Shown: in pieces, positions 27,900 through 35,361 of the stretch
How the letters are laid out: the number at the start of each line of letters is the position of its first letter
Position numbering within the stretch: the stretch's first letter is position 1
Virus record (IMG/VR): IMGVR_UViG_3300021387_000700
Source: a virus
Direction: 5' to 3' (one strand)
DNA length: 64,000 nucleotides
Notes under the pieces: generated by a model
The model's input: the letters and a program-made list of their open reading frames with translations, nothing else
Told to the model about the DNA's origin: nothing
Databases searched by the model: none
Program-made: the position numbers and the translations under genes

Positions 27900-27927
27900 A
27901 CGTATTAATTTTATAGGAGGTTTTATT
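27900..27927 (+). promoter_or_regulatory. conserved element ACGTATTAA-N-TATAGGAGG-N-ATG (copy a)
   Basis: acgtattaattttataggaggttttattATG. It carries a strong SD-like GGAGG. Confidence 0.6.
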
Positions 27928-29166
27928 ATGTTATTCAAGAATTTAGCTACAGAGGAGCAGGTAAATGTTTCTAATTTGTCACTGCGTGACGGTCGTGTTT
28001 TCTTTTCGGTACGTGGTAAGGGCTGCGGACAGCGTTTTTTCAATCGTAACACATGCCTCGTCCTTGATGAAGAGGCTGCGGACGGTACATTCCTAAAATG
28101 TGCCGAAGGCTGGGAAATAGTTGCAAAGGAGCGCAAACAGCCGAAGGAAGGCGGCAGAATTGCAACCAAAAAAGGCGTAAAAAAGGCGCAGGATGAAATA
28201 AAGCAGAATGATGAAATCAAGCAGGAAAACGAGGACGAAGCACTTGCAAAGGAAATCGCTGCCCTGCTTGCAAGCCGCAAAAATAATGCGGGTGCAATCA
28301 ATCGCGAGGAGGTCGAGGGTATTTTTGCCGAATTGCTTGCAAAGTATGCAAGCGAACAGCCGAAGGTTTTGGCAAAGGTAGTCAAGCGGTTGCAATCCAA
28401 GGAGGAGGAGAAAAACGAGGTTTATTGCGATAATTTCAATCGCATTAAGCGTGACCTCGAGGACGGTTTTCATGTGTACCTTTTCGGGCCTGCTGGCTGT
28501 GGTAAATCGCACACAGCGGAACAGCTTGCAAAAATGTTAGGGCTTGAATTTTACGGTCAGACCACTATTCAATTTGCACATGATGTCAAGGGCTACGGCG
28601 ATGCAGGCGGTAATTTCCAAGAGACGCCGTTTTTCAAGGCATTCGCAAACGGCGGTCTTTATTTCCAAGATGAATATGACCGCAGTTTTCCCGAGGCCAC
28701 TATCGCATTAAATTCTGCCCTTGCAAACGGCTGGTATGATTTTCCCGTAGTTGGCCGAGTTTATGCACATGAAAATTTCCGCTTTATGGCGGCAGGCAAT
28801 ACCCAAATGACTGGGGCTGACGAGCAGTACGTGACTGGGCAGGTTATGGATTCATCAAGCGTTGACCGCTTTTCTTGCATGTATGAAGTTGGCTATAATC
28901 ATACGGTCGAGATGAAGATTGCAAAGGGTAATAAAGACCTCGTGCAATTCATCGAAGATGTGCGCAGGGCTATCGCTGAATGTGGCATTAAGCATGTGGT
29001 CAGCTATCGTGCTACGGCTTATTTGATTAATCGCGAGGACGATATGGAATTTGCAGTTAAAAACTGCGTATTCAAGACCTTGTCGGTTGATGAAATAAGA
29101 ATGATTTGCAACAAGTTACGCCACACCGACAATATTTGGGCGCAGGCTGCAAATAAGGCGTTTTAA
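27928..29166 (+). CDS. AAA+ ATPase (MoxR/AAA_5-like)
   Basis: 412 aa. Walker A is LFGPAGCGKSH, Walker B is GLYFQDEYDRS, and FMAAGN is sensor-1-like. A K/E-rich N-terminal extension is present. Confidence 0.75.
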   Translation: MLFKNLATEEQVNVSNLSLRDGRVFFSVRGKGCGQRFFNRNTCLVLDEEAADGTFLKCAEGWEIVAKERKQPKEGGRIATKKGVKKAQDEIKQNDEIKQENEDEALAKEIAALLASRKNNAGAINREEVEGIFAELLAKYASEQPKVLAKVVKRLQSKEEEKNEVYCDNFNRIKRDLEDGFHVYLFGPAGCGKSHTAEQLAKMLGLEFYGQTTIQFAHDVKGYGDAGGNFQETPFFKAFANGGLYFQDEYDRSFPEATIALNSALANGWYDFPVVGRVYAHENFRFMAAGNTQMTGADEQYVTGQVMDSSSVDRFSCMYEVGYNHTVEMKIAKGNKDLVQFIEDVRRAIAECGIKHVVSYRATAYLINREDDMEFAVKNCVFKTLSVDEIRMICNKLRHTDNIWAQAANKAF

Positions 29167-29180
29167 GCCTATCTTATAAG

Positions 29181-29205
29181 GGCGGCGGGTACATTATCCG
29201 CTGCC
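29181..29205 (+). terminator. hairpin after the ATPase gene
   Basis: GGCGGCGGgtacattatCCGCTGCC, with one mismatch. Confidence 0.35.
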
Positions 29206-29254
29206 TATCTTTAAAGCGATTACAAAGGAAATAAACAATTAAATTTAAAAAATT

Positions 29255-30082
29255 ATGCAGTACATATTTAACTATTTTGCAAACATCAAGCAGTTAGATG
29301 CTTATTTGAATAGTACACAGCCGCAGCAGGCTTTTAAGCCTTATATGGCCAGTATTGCAACCGACCGCAGCCACATAAAAAACGCTAAAACAAAAGATTT
29401 TGCCGAGGCAAATGATTTGTTAATGTACGGCGATAAAAAGACCGCTAAAAAGATAGATGACGCAGGGCTTGCAAAGGTACGCTGTGAAATCGCAAAAGAT
29501 ATGATACACAGACAGCCCTATTCATCGGTCGTAGGTTTTGCCGCAAATGTACCCGCTTATTTGGCAGGCTCGCCGAATAGTATGATAAACATCAAGCAAA
29601 ACAAAACAAAGGAAAAGGTCGTAAATATTGCCTATTCGGTGACAACAAGTTGGTCGACCGCCCCTAATGATATTATAAGCGCAGCCACTAATTTATTAAG
29701 TGCAATTTGCAAGATTGAGGCAGGCGGTATTCGTATTAACCTTTTCTCCTGCTGGTGCATTAAAAATAATAGCGGTACGCAGTTAGTCGGTTTTGCCACA
29801 AAGGTGAAGGATAGCAAAGAAAAGATAGATACATTAAAGGTGGCCTATCCCCTTTGCAATCCAAGTATGCAGCGCAGGCACGCCTTTAAATGGACTGAAA
29901 ATACCGAAGGGCTCGACCCATCCATCGCCAGCGGTTATGGAAATGTAGTCGGCGGCGATAAATTAAAGGAATTATTAACCGCTAACAATTGCAAATGTGA
30001 CGTAGCTTTTCAATTTAATGATATTGCGTATCGCTCGACCGACCGTATTATCCAAATGATTGAGGAACAGATGAAAAAGTAA
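29255..30082 (+). CDS. hypothetical protein, partner of the AAA+ ATPase (possibly a degenerate vWA-like fold)
   Basis: 275 aa. VVNIAYSVTTSWS sits where a vWA MIDAS DxSxS would be, but the metal ligands are absent. The link is gene order only. Confidence 0.25.
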   Translation: MQYIFNYFANIKQLDAYLNSTQPQQAFKPYMASIATDRSHIKNAKTKDFAEANDLLMYGDKKTAKKIDDAGLAKVRCEIAKDMIHRQPYSSVVGFAANVPAYLAGSPNSMINIKQNKTKEKVVNIAYSVTTSWSTAPNDIISAATNLLSAICKIEAGGIRINLFSCWCIKNNSGTQLVGFATKVKDSKEKIDTLKVAYPLCNPSMQRRHAFKWTENTEGLDPSIASGYGNVVGGDKLKELLTANNCKCDVAFQFNDIAYRSTDRIIQMIEEQMKK

Positions 30083-30091
30083 CAAAGGGCA

Positions 30092-30115
30092 GGCGGTTGC
30101 AAGTGACCGCCTTTT
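30092..30115 (+). terminator. rho-independent terminator
   Basis: GGCGGTtgcaagtgACCGCC followed by TTTT. Confidence 0.6.
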
Positions 30116-30278
30116 CCCCTTTGCGGGTGCAAATATAAATCATTGTATCTGTAGTGAAAACAGACCCCGCACAAAGTTATAAAATAAGGTAGTTTTAAAG
30201 GCTTTTAAGGGCTTTAAATATACGTACCTTTTAGTTATCCACAAAGTAAAAAACAGCCCTTTGTCGGGCTTTAAAATA

Positions 30279-30312
30279 ACGTATTAATAATTAATTTATA
30301 GGAGATTAATTT
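30279..30312 (+). promoter_or_regulatory. conserved element ACGTATTAA-N-TATAGGAGA-N-ATG (copy b)
   Basis: acgtattaataattaatttataggagattaatttATG. Confidence 0.6.
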
Positions 30313-30474
30313 ATGGAAACGATTAAAAACGTACACGAGTTGAATGAGAAAAAGATTACATTTGTCAGTTTTGAGAATGTAGTGAAGTTTTTGCAGGTTT
30401 GTTCTGTTCTTGGCATTGCTTGTTGTGGTGGCGCATTCGACACAGAAATGACTGGTCAGTGGTTTTACGTTTAA
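30313..30474 (+). CDS. hypothetical small protein (53 aa; below the ORF-track cutoff)
   Basis: Own translation: METIKNVHELNEKKITFVSFENVVKFLQVCSVLGIACCGGAFDTEMTGQWFYV*. It is preceded by element copy b. Confidence 0.45.
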   Translation: METIKNVHELNEKKITFVSFENVVKFLQVCSVLGIACCGGAFDTEMTGQWFYV

Positions 30475-30496
30475 ATATAGTATAGGAGGCTTTAAT
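30468..30496 (+). promoter_or_regulatory. conserved element (variant ACGTTTAAA)-N-TATAGGAGG-N-ATG (copy c)
   Basis: acgtttaaatatagtataggaggctttaatATG. Confidence 0.5.
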
Positions 30497-30904
30497 ATGG
30501 CAAATGTTAAGGAACATGCGGTCGCTGTGGCAAATGTAATCATGCAACAGCTTTATGCGACGACGGATATTAACATTATTTGGTCGTGGGGTATTCGCGG
30601 GTATGGCGCAGGGTGGATTTATAACGACTGCGAATTATATTGCGCGTGTTTGGTTCTTGATGTTTCGGGGCTGGTTCATAAAGGTCGTGTAATTGTGGCA
30701 CTTGACGAGGCTAACGACTGGTATGACGTTCTTTTGCTAAATGCAAATGGCGAGCGTGTTGGAACATGGCACAAAGAAATATACTGCGACATGCTGGGGC
30801 GCAAACTTGATGAATTGATAGAACGACCCGCAGGCATGACGGACGAGGAATATCGGCACAAATATACGGCTGATAATATCCGTAAAATCTTGGAGGAGAA
30901 ATAA
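30497..30904 (+). CDS. hypothetical protein
   Basis: 135 aa, preceded by element copy c. Confidence 0.5.
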   Translation: MANVKEHAVAVANVIMQQLYATTDINIIWSWGIRGYGAGWIYNDCELYCACLVLDVSGLVHKGRVIVALDEANDWYDVLLLNANGERVGTWHKEIYCDMLGRKLDELIERPAGMTDEEYRHKYTADNIRKILEEK

Positions 30905-31093
30905 TCCCTATATTTAAATTAATGCGTTTTCCGTACCCGCTGGCGGGCTTTCGTACCGTTGGCGGGTACTTTATAACGTGGCGTATTTAAACGGGCTTTT
31001 AAATGTTATAGATATGGATTTTAAAGATATTGAAACGTTCGAGGACTACGGCTTCGAACTCGCAAAGATTTTGCACGAGAGTAGAAATAAAAA

Positions 31094-31125
31094 GCGTATT
31101 AACTTAAAATATAGGAGATTTAATT
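31094..31125 (+). promoter_or_regulatory. conserved element GCGTATTAA-N-TATAGGAGA-N-ATG (copy d)
   Basis: gcgtattaacttaaaatataggagatttaattATG. Confidence 0.6.
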
Positions 31126-31569
31126 ATGAGTAGTTTTATTATCGACAAGAAAGAGTACATCAAGGCCGCAGGGCTGATGTACGGCATCGAAGACGCAAAG
31201 GTGCATAAACATGAGTATTTCTTGAAACATATCCGCTATTATTTCTGCAACTGCTATACGTTGAACGTGAAAAGCGTTAATTTGCAGTATGGTGATAATA
31301 ATGCGGTTGACAAGGGCGAGTACATGGACGTGTTTGAAGAATACAAGGCCAAAGGGCGCAAGATAGCCAACTGCGAGGGCTGTGGCGACGTGAAGAATTT
31401 GGGCGCACTACGCAAACGGCTGACAAAGTTCTTTGAATGTGTGCTTTATCAGATTGAGGACGAAGATTGTGCCGAGTACGCATCATGGCTGGCGTTCATG
31501 TGCATCGGCAAGCTGTGTGAAACCGAAATCGAAGATATAAAAGGCTGGTGGGGCGAAATAGAAATCTAA
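31126..31569 (+). CDS. hypothetical protein
   Basis: 147 aa, preceded by element copy d. Confidence 0.5.
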   Translation: MSSFIIDKKEYIKAAGLMYGIEDAKVHKHEYFLKHIRYYFCNCYTLNVKSVNLQYGDNNAVDKGEYMDVFEEYKAKGRKIANCEGCGDVKNLGALRKRLTKFFECVLYQIEDEDCAEYASWLAFMCIGKLCETEIEDIKGWWGEIEI

Positions 31570-31587
31570 CATTAAATATTAATCATC

Positions 31588-31950
31588 ATGGAAAAGAAAG
31601 ATGTTATGAAGTGGACGCGTGCAGAATTGCTAAATCTGCCAGTCCGAAGATGGGATGATATTAAATCTTATCACGGCGTTATGCTTGTGCCTACATACAA
31701 GTTGCACGACAGCGGTTGGAGGCTTATTGCTATTGTTGGTTTGGACGAACATTTCAACCCCGTAGAAATTGCAGCATATTGCGATGATGTTCAGTGGCGC
31801 ACCATCAAAACAGATTGGGGCGTTAATTGCGACATGATACCCAAAACAAACATATTGCGTTTCCATTCAAACAATCTAATGTTTGAAGTTGGCGTTTGTT
31901 TGTCGACTACAGAAATTAAAATATATGGGCAGGCCATCTGCTACAAGTAA
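31588..31950 (+). CDS. hypothetical protein
   Basis: 120 aa, co-oriented. Confidence 0.5.
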   Translation: MEKKDVMKWTRAELLNLPVRRWDDIKSYHGVMLVPTYKLHDSGWRLIAIVGLDEHFNPVEIAAYCDDVQWRTIKTDWGVNCDMIPKTNILRFHSNNLMFEVGVCLSTTEIKIYGQAICYK

Positions 31951-31981
31951 ACAACATCAAATTTTAATGTATTGTACGACT

Positions 31982-32119
31982 ATGAGTAAGTTTGAAATCT
32001 ATGCAGCGTATGACGCTATCATTTCATTGGAGGCAAGCGGTGATTTTCGCGGGGCTTGCAAGAAAATGAAGAGTATTAACAAATCAGTATCAAGGAGGGC
32101 ATCAAAATGGCAAAGTTAG
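31982..32119 (+). CDS. hypothetical small protein
   Basis: ATG 31982 (MSKFEIYAAYDAI...) lies in the frame of track ORF 31883..32119. Confidence 0.35.
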   Translation: MSKFEIYAAYDAIISLEASGDFRGACKKMKSINKSVSRRASKWQS

Positions 32120-32310
32120 TGTTTATATATTTGGCTTGTACGGCTGCATTGATGGCGGCTGTGTTCCTTATCTGTGGCGGTGGCTGGTATTCTATGGCTG
32201 GCCTGCTGTGGTCGGCGGTGCTTTATGTTTCGGGCGATGTATTCCCCGATATATGGAAGACGTATTGGACTTCTAATATAAAAATATTGGCGTACTTCAA
32301 TTGCCTCTAA
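32107..32310 (+). CDS. hypothetical small membrane protein
   Basis: 67 aa with two hydrophobic segments. Confidence 0.4.
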   Translation: MAKLVFIYLACTAALMAAVFLICGGGWYSMAGLLWSAVLYVSGDVFPDIWKTYWTSNIKILAYFNCL

Positions 32311-32370
32311 CGTGCGCGGGCGACGCATATATAATAATTAATATATATAATTAATAAAACGTGCTTAATT

Positions 32371-32526
32371 ATGAAAAAGTACATTTGCAGCGTGTGCGGT
32401 TCTGACGATATTCTCGTACATGCGTGGGTAAATCCCAAGAACAATAAGGTCGTGGAATATGACGAGGAAGAGTGCTATTGCAACAAGTGCAAGGAAATCG
32501 TCGAGTATGAAACAATTGAAAAATAG
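32371..32526 (+). CDS. hypothetical zinc-ribbon mini-protein (51 aa)
   Basis: Own translation: MKKYICSVCGSDDILVHAWVNPKNNKVVEYDEEECYCNKCKEIVEYETIEK*. It has CxxC...CxxC. Confidence 0.45.
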   Translation: MKKYICSVCGSDDILVHAWVNPKNNKVVEYDEEECYCNKCKEIVEYETIEK

Positions 32527-32538
32527 AAAGGGCTTGAT

Positions 32539-32961
32539 ATGGAAAATATGACTATCACAAAGTTTATTGAACGTTTTCTCAATGGCGACTTCGACCGTCC
32601 TTTTAGAAACGTTCAGATTGAGGCAGGATGGTATGACTGGTTCTGCAAGGATTCATCTTTGGCCGCAAAGACGCAGTATCTTGGCCGCAAGGTGGTGGCA
32701 ATCAAGGATAGCAGGCGTTTTGATAATGACAAGTGCTATGTATTCTTTAAGAACAATTGCCCGATGGTGGGTAAATTGTACGACCAATTCTCAATCTGTG
32801 ACATGGAAAGCGGCGACGTTCTATTCTGCTGCCAGCATCTTGAAAAAGGCAGTCACGGATGCGACAAGGCTCATTGGGAAATATACGACCGTAACGTGGG
32901 ATTCGATACCCCCGTAGTTAATGGTTCGTGGCGTGATGTGTTGAACTATTTTAATAAGTAA
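32539..32961 (+). CDS. hypothetical protein
   Basis: 140 aa. Confidence 0.5.
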   Translation: MENMTITKFIERFLNGDFDRPFRNVQIEAGWYDWFCKDSSLAAKTQYLGRKVVAIKDSRRFDNDKCYVFFKNNCPMVGKLYDQFSICDMESGDVLFCCQHLEKGSHGCDKAHWEIYDRNVGFDTPVVNGSWRDVLNYFNK

Positions 32962-32966
32962 CGGCT

Positions 32967-33143
32967 ATGGCAAATCTGAAACTAAACGAACAGCAGCTTG
33001 ATTTGTTGTGCAAAAGTGTACTCAAGAAAATCAAGGTCAATCGGGAGGCGTTAGACATGATAACGAATAACGCAGCCCGCAACGGTCTTATGCAGGAGAA
33101 CGACCAACTAAATGAAATCCTTCAGTTATTAACAAAGATTTAA
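32967..33143 (+). CDS. hypothetical small protein (58 aa)
   Basis: Own translation: MANLKLNEQQLDLLCKSVLKKIKVNREALDMITNNAARNGLMQENDQLNEILQLLTKI*. Confidence 0.35.
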   Translation: MANLKLNEQQLDLLCKSVLKKIKVNREALDMITNNAARNGLMQENDQLNEILQLLTKI

Positions 33144-33254
33144 TTCTTATAGCGTATGGCATTTATTATTATTATCGGTGTGTTAGGTATGCTTTTCGAC
33201 GGTTCTATGGTACGTATGGGAGGCAAGTAATAAACAATTTAAATTTCAAGAACT

Positions 33255-33458
33255 ATGGTTATTGGTGTAGCATTGACGCAGGATGATATGCAGCGTATCA
33301 CAGCGTCTGTAGGTTTAGCGGCAAAGGTTCTGTCCGAAAGTGTCGAGGACGTGAAAGATGTTGAGGAGGTCATGCGGCTGAATATCCTTTATGCCAAGTT
33401 GGTTGCTGGCATGAAGAAAGTGGCCGATGAAACCAACAGCGACAAGAACGAAAGCTAA
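33255..33458 (+). CDS. hypothetical small protein
   Basis: 67 aa. Confidence 0.4.
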   Translation: MVIGVALTQDDMQRITASVGLAAKVLSESVEDVKDVEEVMRLNILYAKLVAGMKKVADETNSDKNES

Positions 33459-33593
33459 CAATTAATCGGGGCGGGCATATCCCGTCTTGTGTTGTTGTTG
33501 ACTCCTGCCTACGGGCTGGGCGGGTGGTTAGGCGGTATAAATAAAACCTTTGTAGCCGTAGAGGAAACGGCTACCGCCACAATTATTTTTCAT

Positions 33594-33626
33594 CAGTATT
33601 AATTTAATTTATAGGAGGGCTTTATC
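33594..33626 (+). promoter_or_regulatory. conserved element AGTATTAA-N-TATAGGAGG-N-ATG (copy e)
   Basis: cagtattaatttaatttataggagggctttatcATG. It is preceded by the hairpin GTAGCCGtagaggaaaCGGCTAC (33552-33574). Confidence 0.6.
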
Positions 33627-33983
33627 ATGGCTACAACGAAAAAGAATGATTTCAAGAAAATCAAGGATTTGTCAAACATCGTCGACCCCAAGAATGGCAA
33701 GACGCGTGTCGTCACCCTTTGGGAATACAAGGGCAGAAAATTCAGATTCGTGTTCGAGAACACTAACGGCACACCATGCGGATTTGACTATAAGCATTGT
33801 ATTGACGTGTTCAGCATCAACGATGATGAATGGAAACATCTTGCAGACAAGAAAGATATTCTTGCTTTCGCAAAGTGCGAGATTAACTGCGTGGAATACT
33901 ACGGCAGTCCCTACGTGCTTGGCAAGGCATCCCGCGATTTCACGGAAGCCTGCATCGAATATTTGAAGGCATTGTATAGTTAA
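33627..33983 (+). CDS. hypothetical protein
   Basis: 118 aa, preceded by element copy e. Confidence 0.5.
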   Translation: MATTKKNDFKKIKDLSNIVDPKNGKTRVVTLWEYKGRKFRFVFENTNGTPCGFDYKHCIDVFSINDDEWKHLADKKDILAFAKCEINCVEYYGSPYVLGKASRDFTEACIEYLKALYS

Positions 33984-34014
33984 TCAGTAAACAAAATCAA
34001 AAGCATTTAAAGTT

Positions 34015-34431
34015 ATGGATATTAAGACTTATTTTGATGATGGCGCAAATTGGCAGGCGCAGGCGGTTTTAGCCTATGTTAGAGCTTATTCATCTTGGGC
34101 TCTTGACGGAACATGGGACGACGAGGCAAAGAAATATATGGCTACGCTTGATGTTGGCCGTTTTGAAAATTGCAGGGAGCAGGGCTATATCTTTTCCGTA
34201 AGATACAAGACAAGCCAAATGAACTATGCCGTATATGAGCATCGGAATAGCGATATTATAAGCGTTGTTAGGTTTGAGTGTAACACAATGAACACCCCCA
34301 CCAACGACATGGTTTTTGAACACATGGCCGATAAGTACGACACGACGAAAGATTTTGTTTATGGCAACATCGTTGAATGTGGAGAGTGGCTTGTAAAGGA
34401 CATGAATAATTTTGTAAGGTCTTTAATTTAG
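34015..34431 (+). CDS. hypothetical protein
   Basis: 138 aa. Confidence 0.5.
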   Translation: MDIKTYFDDGANWQAQAVLAYVRAYSSWALDGTWDDEAKKYMATLDVGRFENCREQGYIFSVRYKTSQMNYAVYEHRNSDIISVVRFECNTMNTPTNDMVFEHMADKYDTTKDFVYGNIVECGEWLVKDMNNFVRSLI

Positions 34432-34437
34432 GTTGTT

Positions 34438-35304
34438 ATGAAACAATTCGTTATTTATATTCGTGTATCAACACGAAAGCAGGGTGCAAGCGGATTAGGC
34501 TTGGAAAGCCAGCGCAAGATATGTACCGAACTTGTTAAATCAAAGGGCGGTGATGTTGTTGCAGAATTTAAGGACGTGGAAAGCGGTACGCACCGTGACA
34601 GAAAAGGTCTGCTGGCAGCGGTTGACTATTGCAAGAATAATAATTGCGCATTGGTTATCGCAAAGTTAGACCGCCTCGCCCGTGACGTGGAGTTCTGTTT
34701 CAAGGTAGTCAACACGGGTATAGATATTCACTTTGCGGATATGCCGACCATCAATACGCTTTTGCTTGGCGTGTTTGCATCTGTGGCGCAGTACGAAAGG
34801 GAACTTACCAGCGACCGCACGGTCAAAGCTTTGGCAGCAAAGAAGGCACGCGGCGAAAAGACTGGCGGCGCAAGCGACGCATGGATTGAGAACTACAACA
34901 AGAAGTCAAATATAGAAAAGCATGAGATTGGAATGAGAAGAGGAGCAACAAAGAACGAAAGACATCTTTTAAGCCGTGATGTGCAGGCGTTCATCAAGGC
35001 TTTGCGTAGCGTGTTCCCCGATGCCTGCAAGGGCGATGTAACCGAGTGGGATTTTAGCGCGATAAACACAAAGGAAACCTCACGTATCAAGCTGTTATCA
35101 TTGATGCGTGATTACAAGGAACTTGATAACACGTTATTTGCAAAGTGGGATTTATCGGGCGACGATTTATCCGCAAGACCTTTGCAGGTAAAATTGGCCG
35201 CACAGATTCAGTCTTTAAGAAACTCAGTCAAGAAACTCAATGAAAACAAAGACAACGAAAAAGGCGATGCGCTTTTGTGTGACTATGGAACGGGAATTGA
35301 CTAA
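34438..35304 (+). CDS. serine recombinase (resolvase/invertase-type catalytic domain)
   Basis: 288 aa. FVIYIRVSTRKQGASGLGLESQR contains the YxRVSTxxQ nucleophile motif, followed by LVIAKLDRLARD. The C-terminal half is not a recognisable HTH_7. Confidence 0.8.
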   Translation: MKQFVIYIRVSTRKQGASGLGLESQRKICTELVKSKGGDVVAEFKDVESGTHRDRKGLLAAVDYCKNNNCALVIAKLDRLARDVEFCFKVVNTGIDIHFADMPTINTLLLGVFASVAQYERELTSDRTVKALAAKKARGEKTGGASDAWIENYNKKSNIEKHEIGMRRGATKNERHLLSRDVQAFIKALRSVFPDACKGDVTEWDFSAINTKETSRIKLLSLMRDYKELDNTLFAKWDLSGDDLSARPLQVKLAAQIQSLRNSVKKLNENKDNEKGDALLCDYGTGID

Positions 35305-35353
35305 ATTTTTGTTAAAGCGTGTGTTATTTCTTGCATATTAGATAAATATTCCG

Positions 35354-35361
35354 TATCTTTG
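35354..35361 (+). promoter_or_regulatory. Bacteroides-type -7 box TATCTTTG upstream of the AP2/HNH-like gene
   Basis: A second box, TACATTTG, lies about 70 nt further on, between the 9-bp inverted repeats AATCCAACA and TGTTGGATT. Confidence 0.45.

Larger units (their letters stand above)
25521..27927. other. ORF-free, very AT-rich divergent control region; candidate replication origin
   Basis: About 2.4 kb between the leftward and rightward operons. It contains only low-complexity ORFs, a polypurine/A-rich block (~26090-26215), AGTATATA repeats, three TGTGTnCGnACACAAA palindromes, and promoter boxes on both strands. Confidence 0.5.

Noticed and set aside
25521-27927. Possible CRISPR array or other regularly spaced repeat array in the repeat-rich AT region.
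   Set aside because: The repeats (AGTATATA, the palindromes) are short and irregularly spaced (about 200 and about 490 nt between palindromes). There are no unique spacers of constant length, and no cas genes lie in the window.
27900-33626. The TATAGGAG elements as T7-like single-subunit RNA polymerase promoters.
   Set aside because: The spacing between the two conserved halves varies from 3 to 9 nt, and no phage RNA polymerase gene is visible in the window. A translational or processing signal fits better.
34438-35304. The serine recombinase as evidence of a classical temperate integration module.
   Set aside because: No repressor/Cro pair, tyrosine integrase or recognisable att site lies nearby. 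The protein is much shorter than large serine integrases, so lysogeny cannot be inferred from this window.
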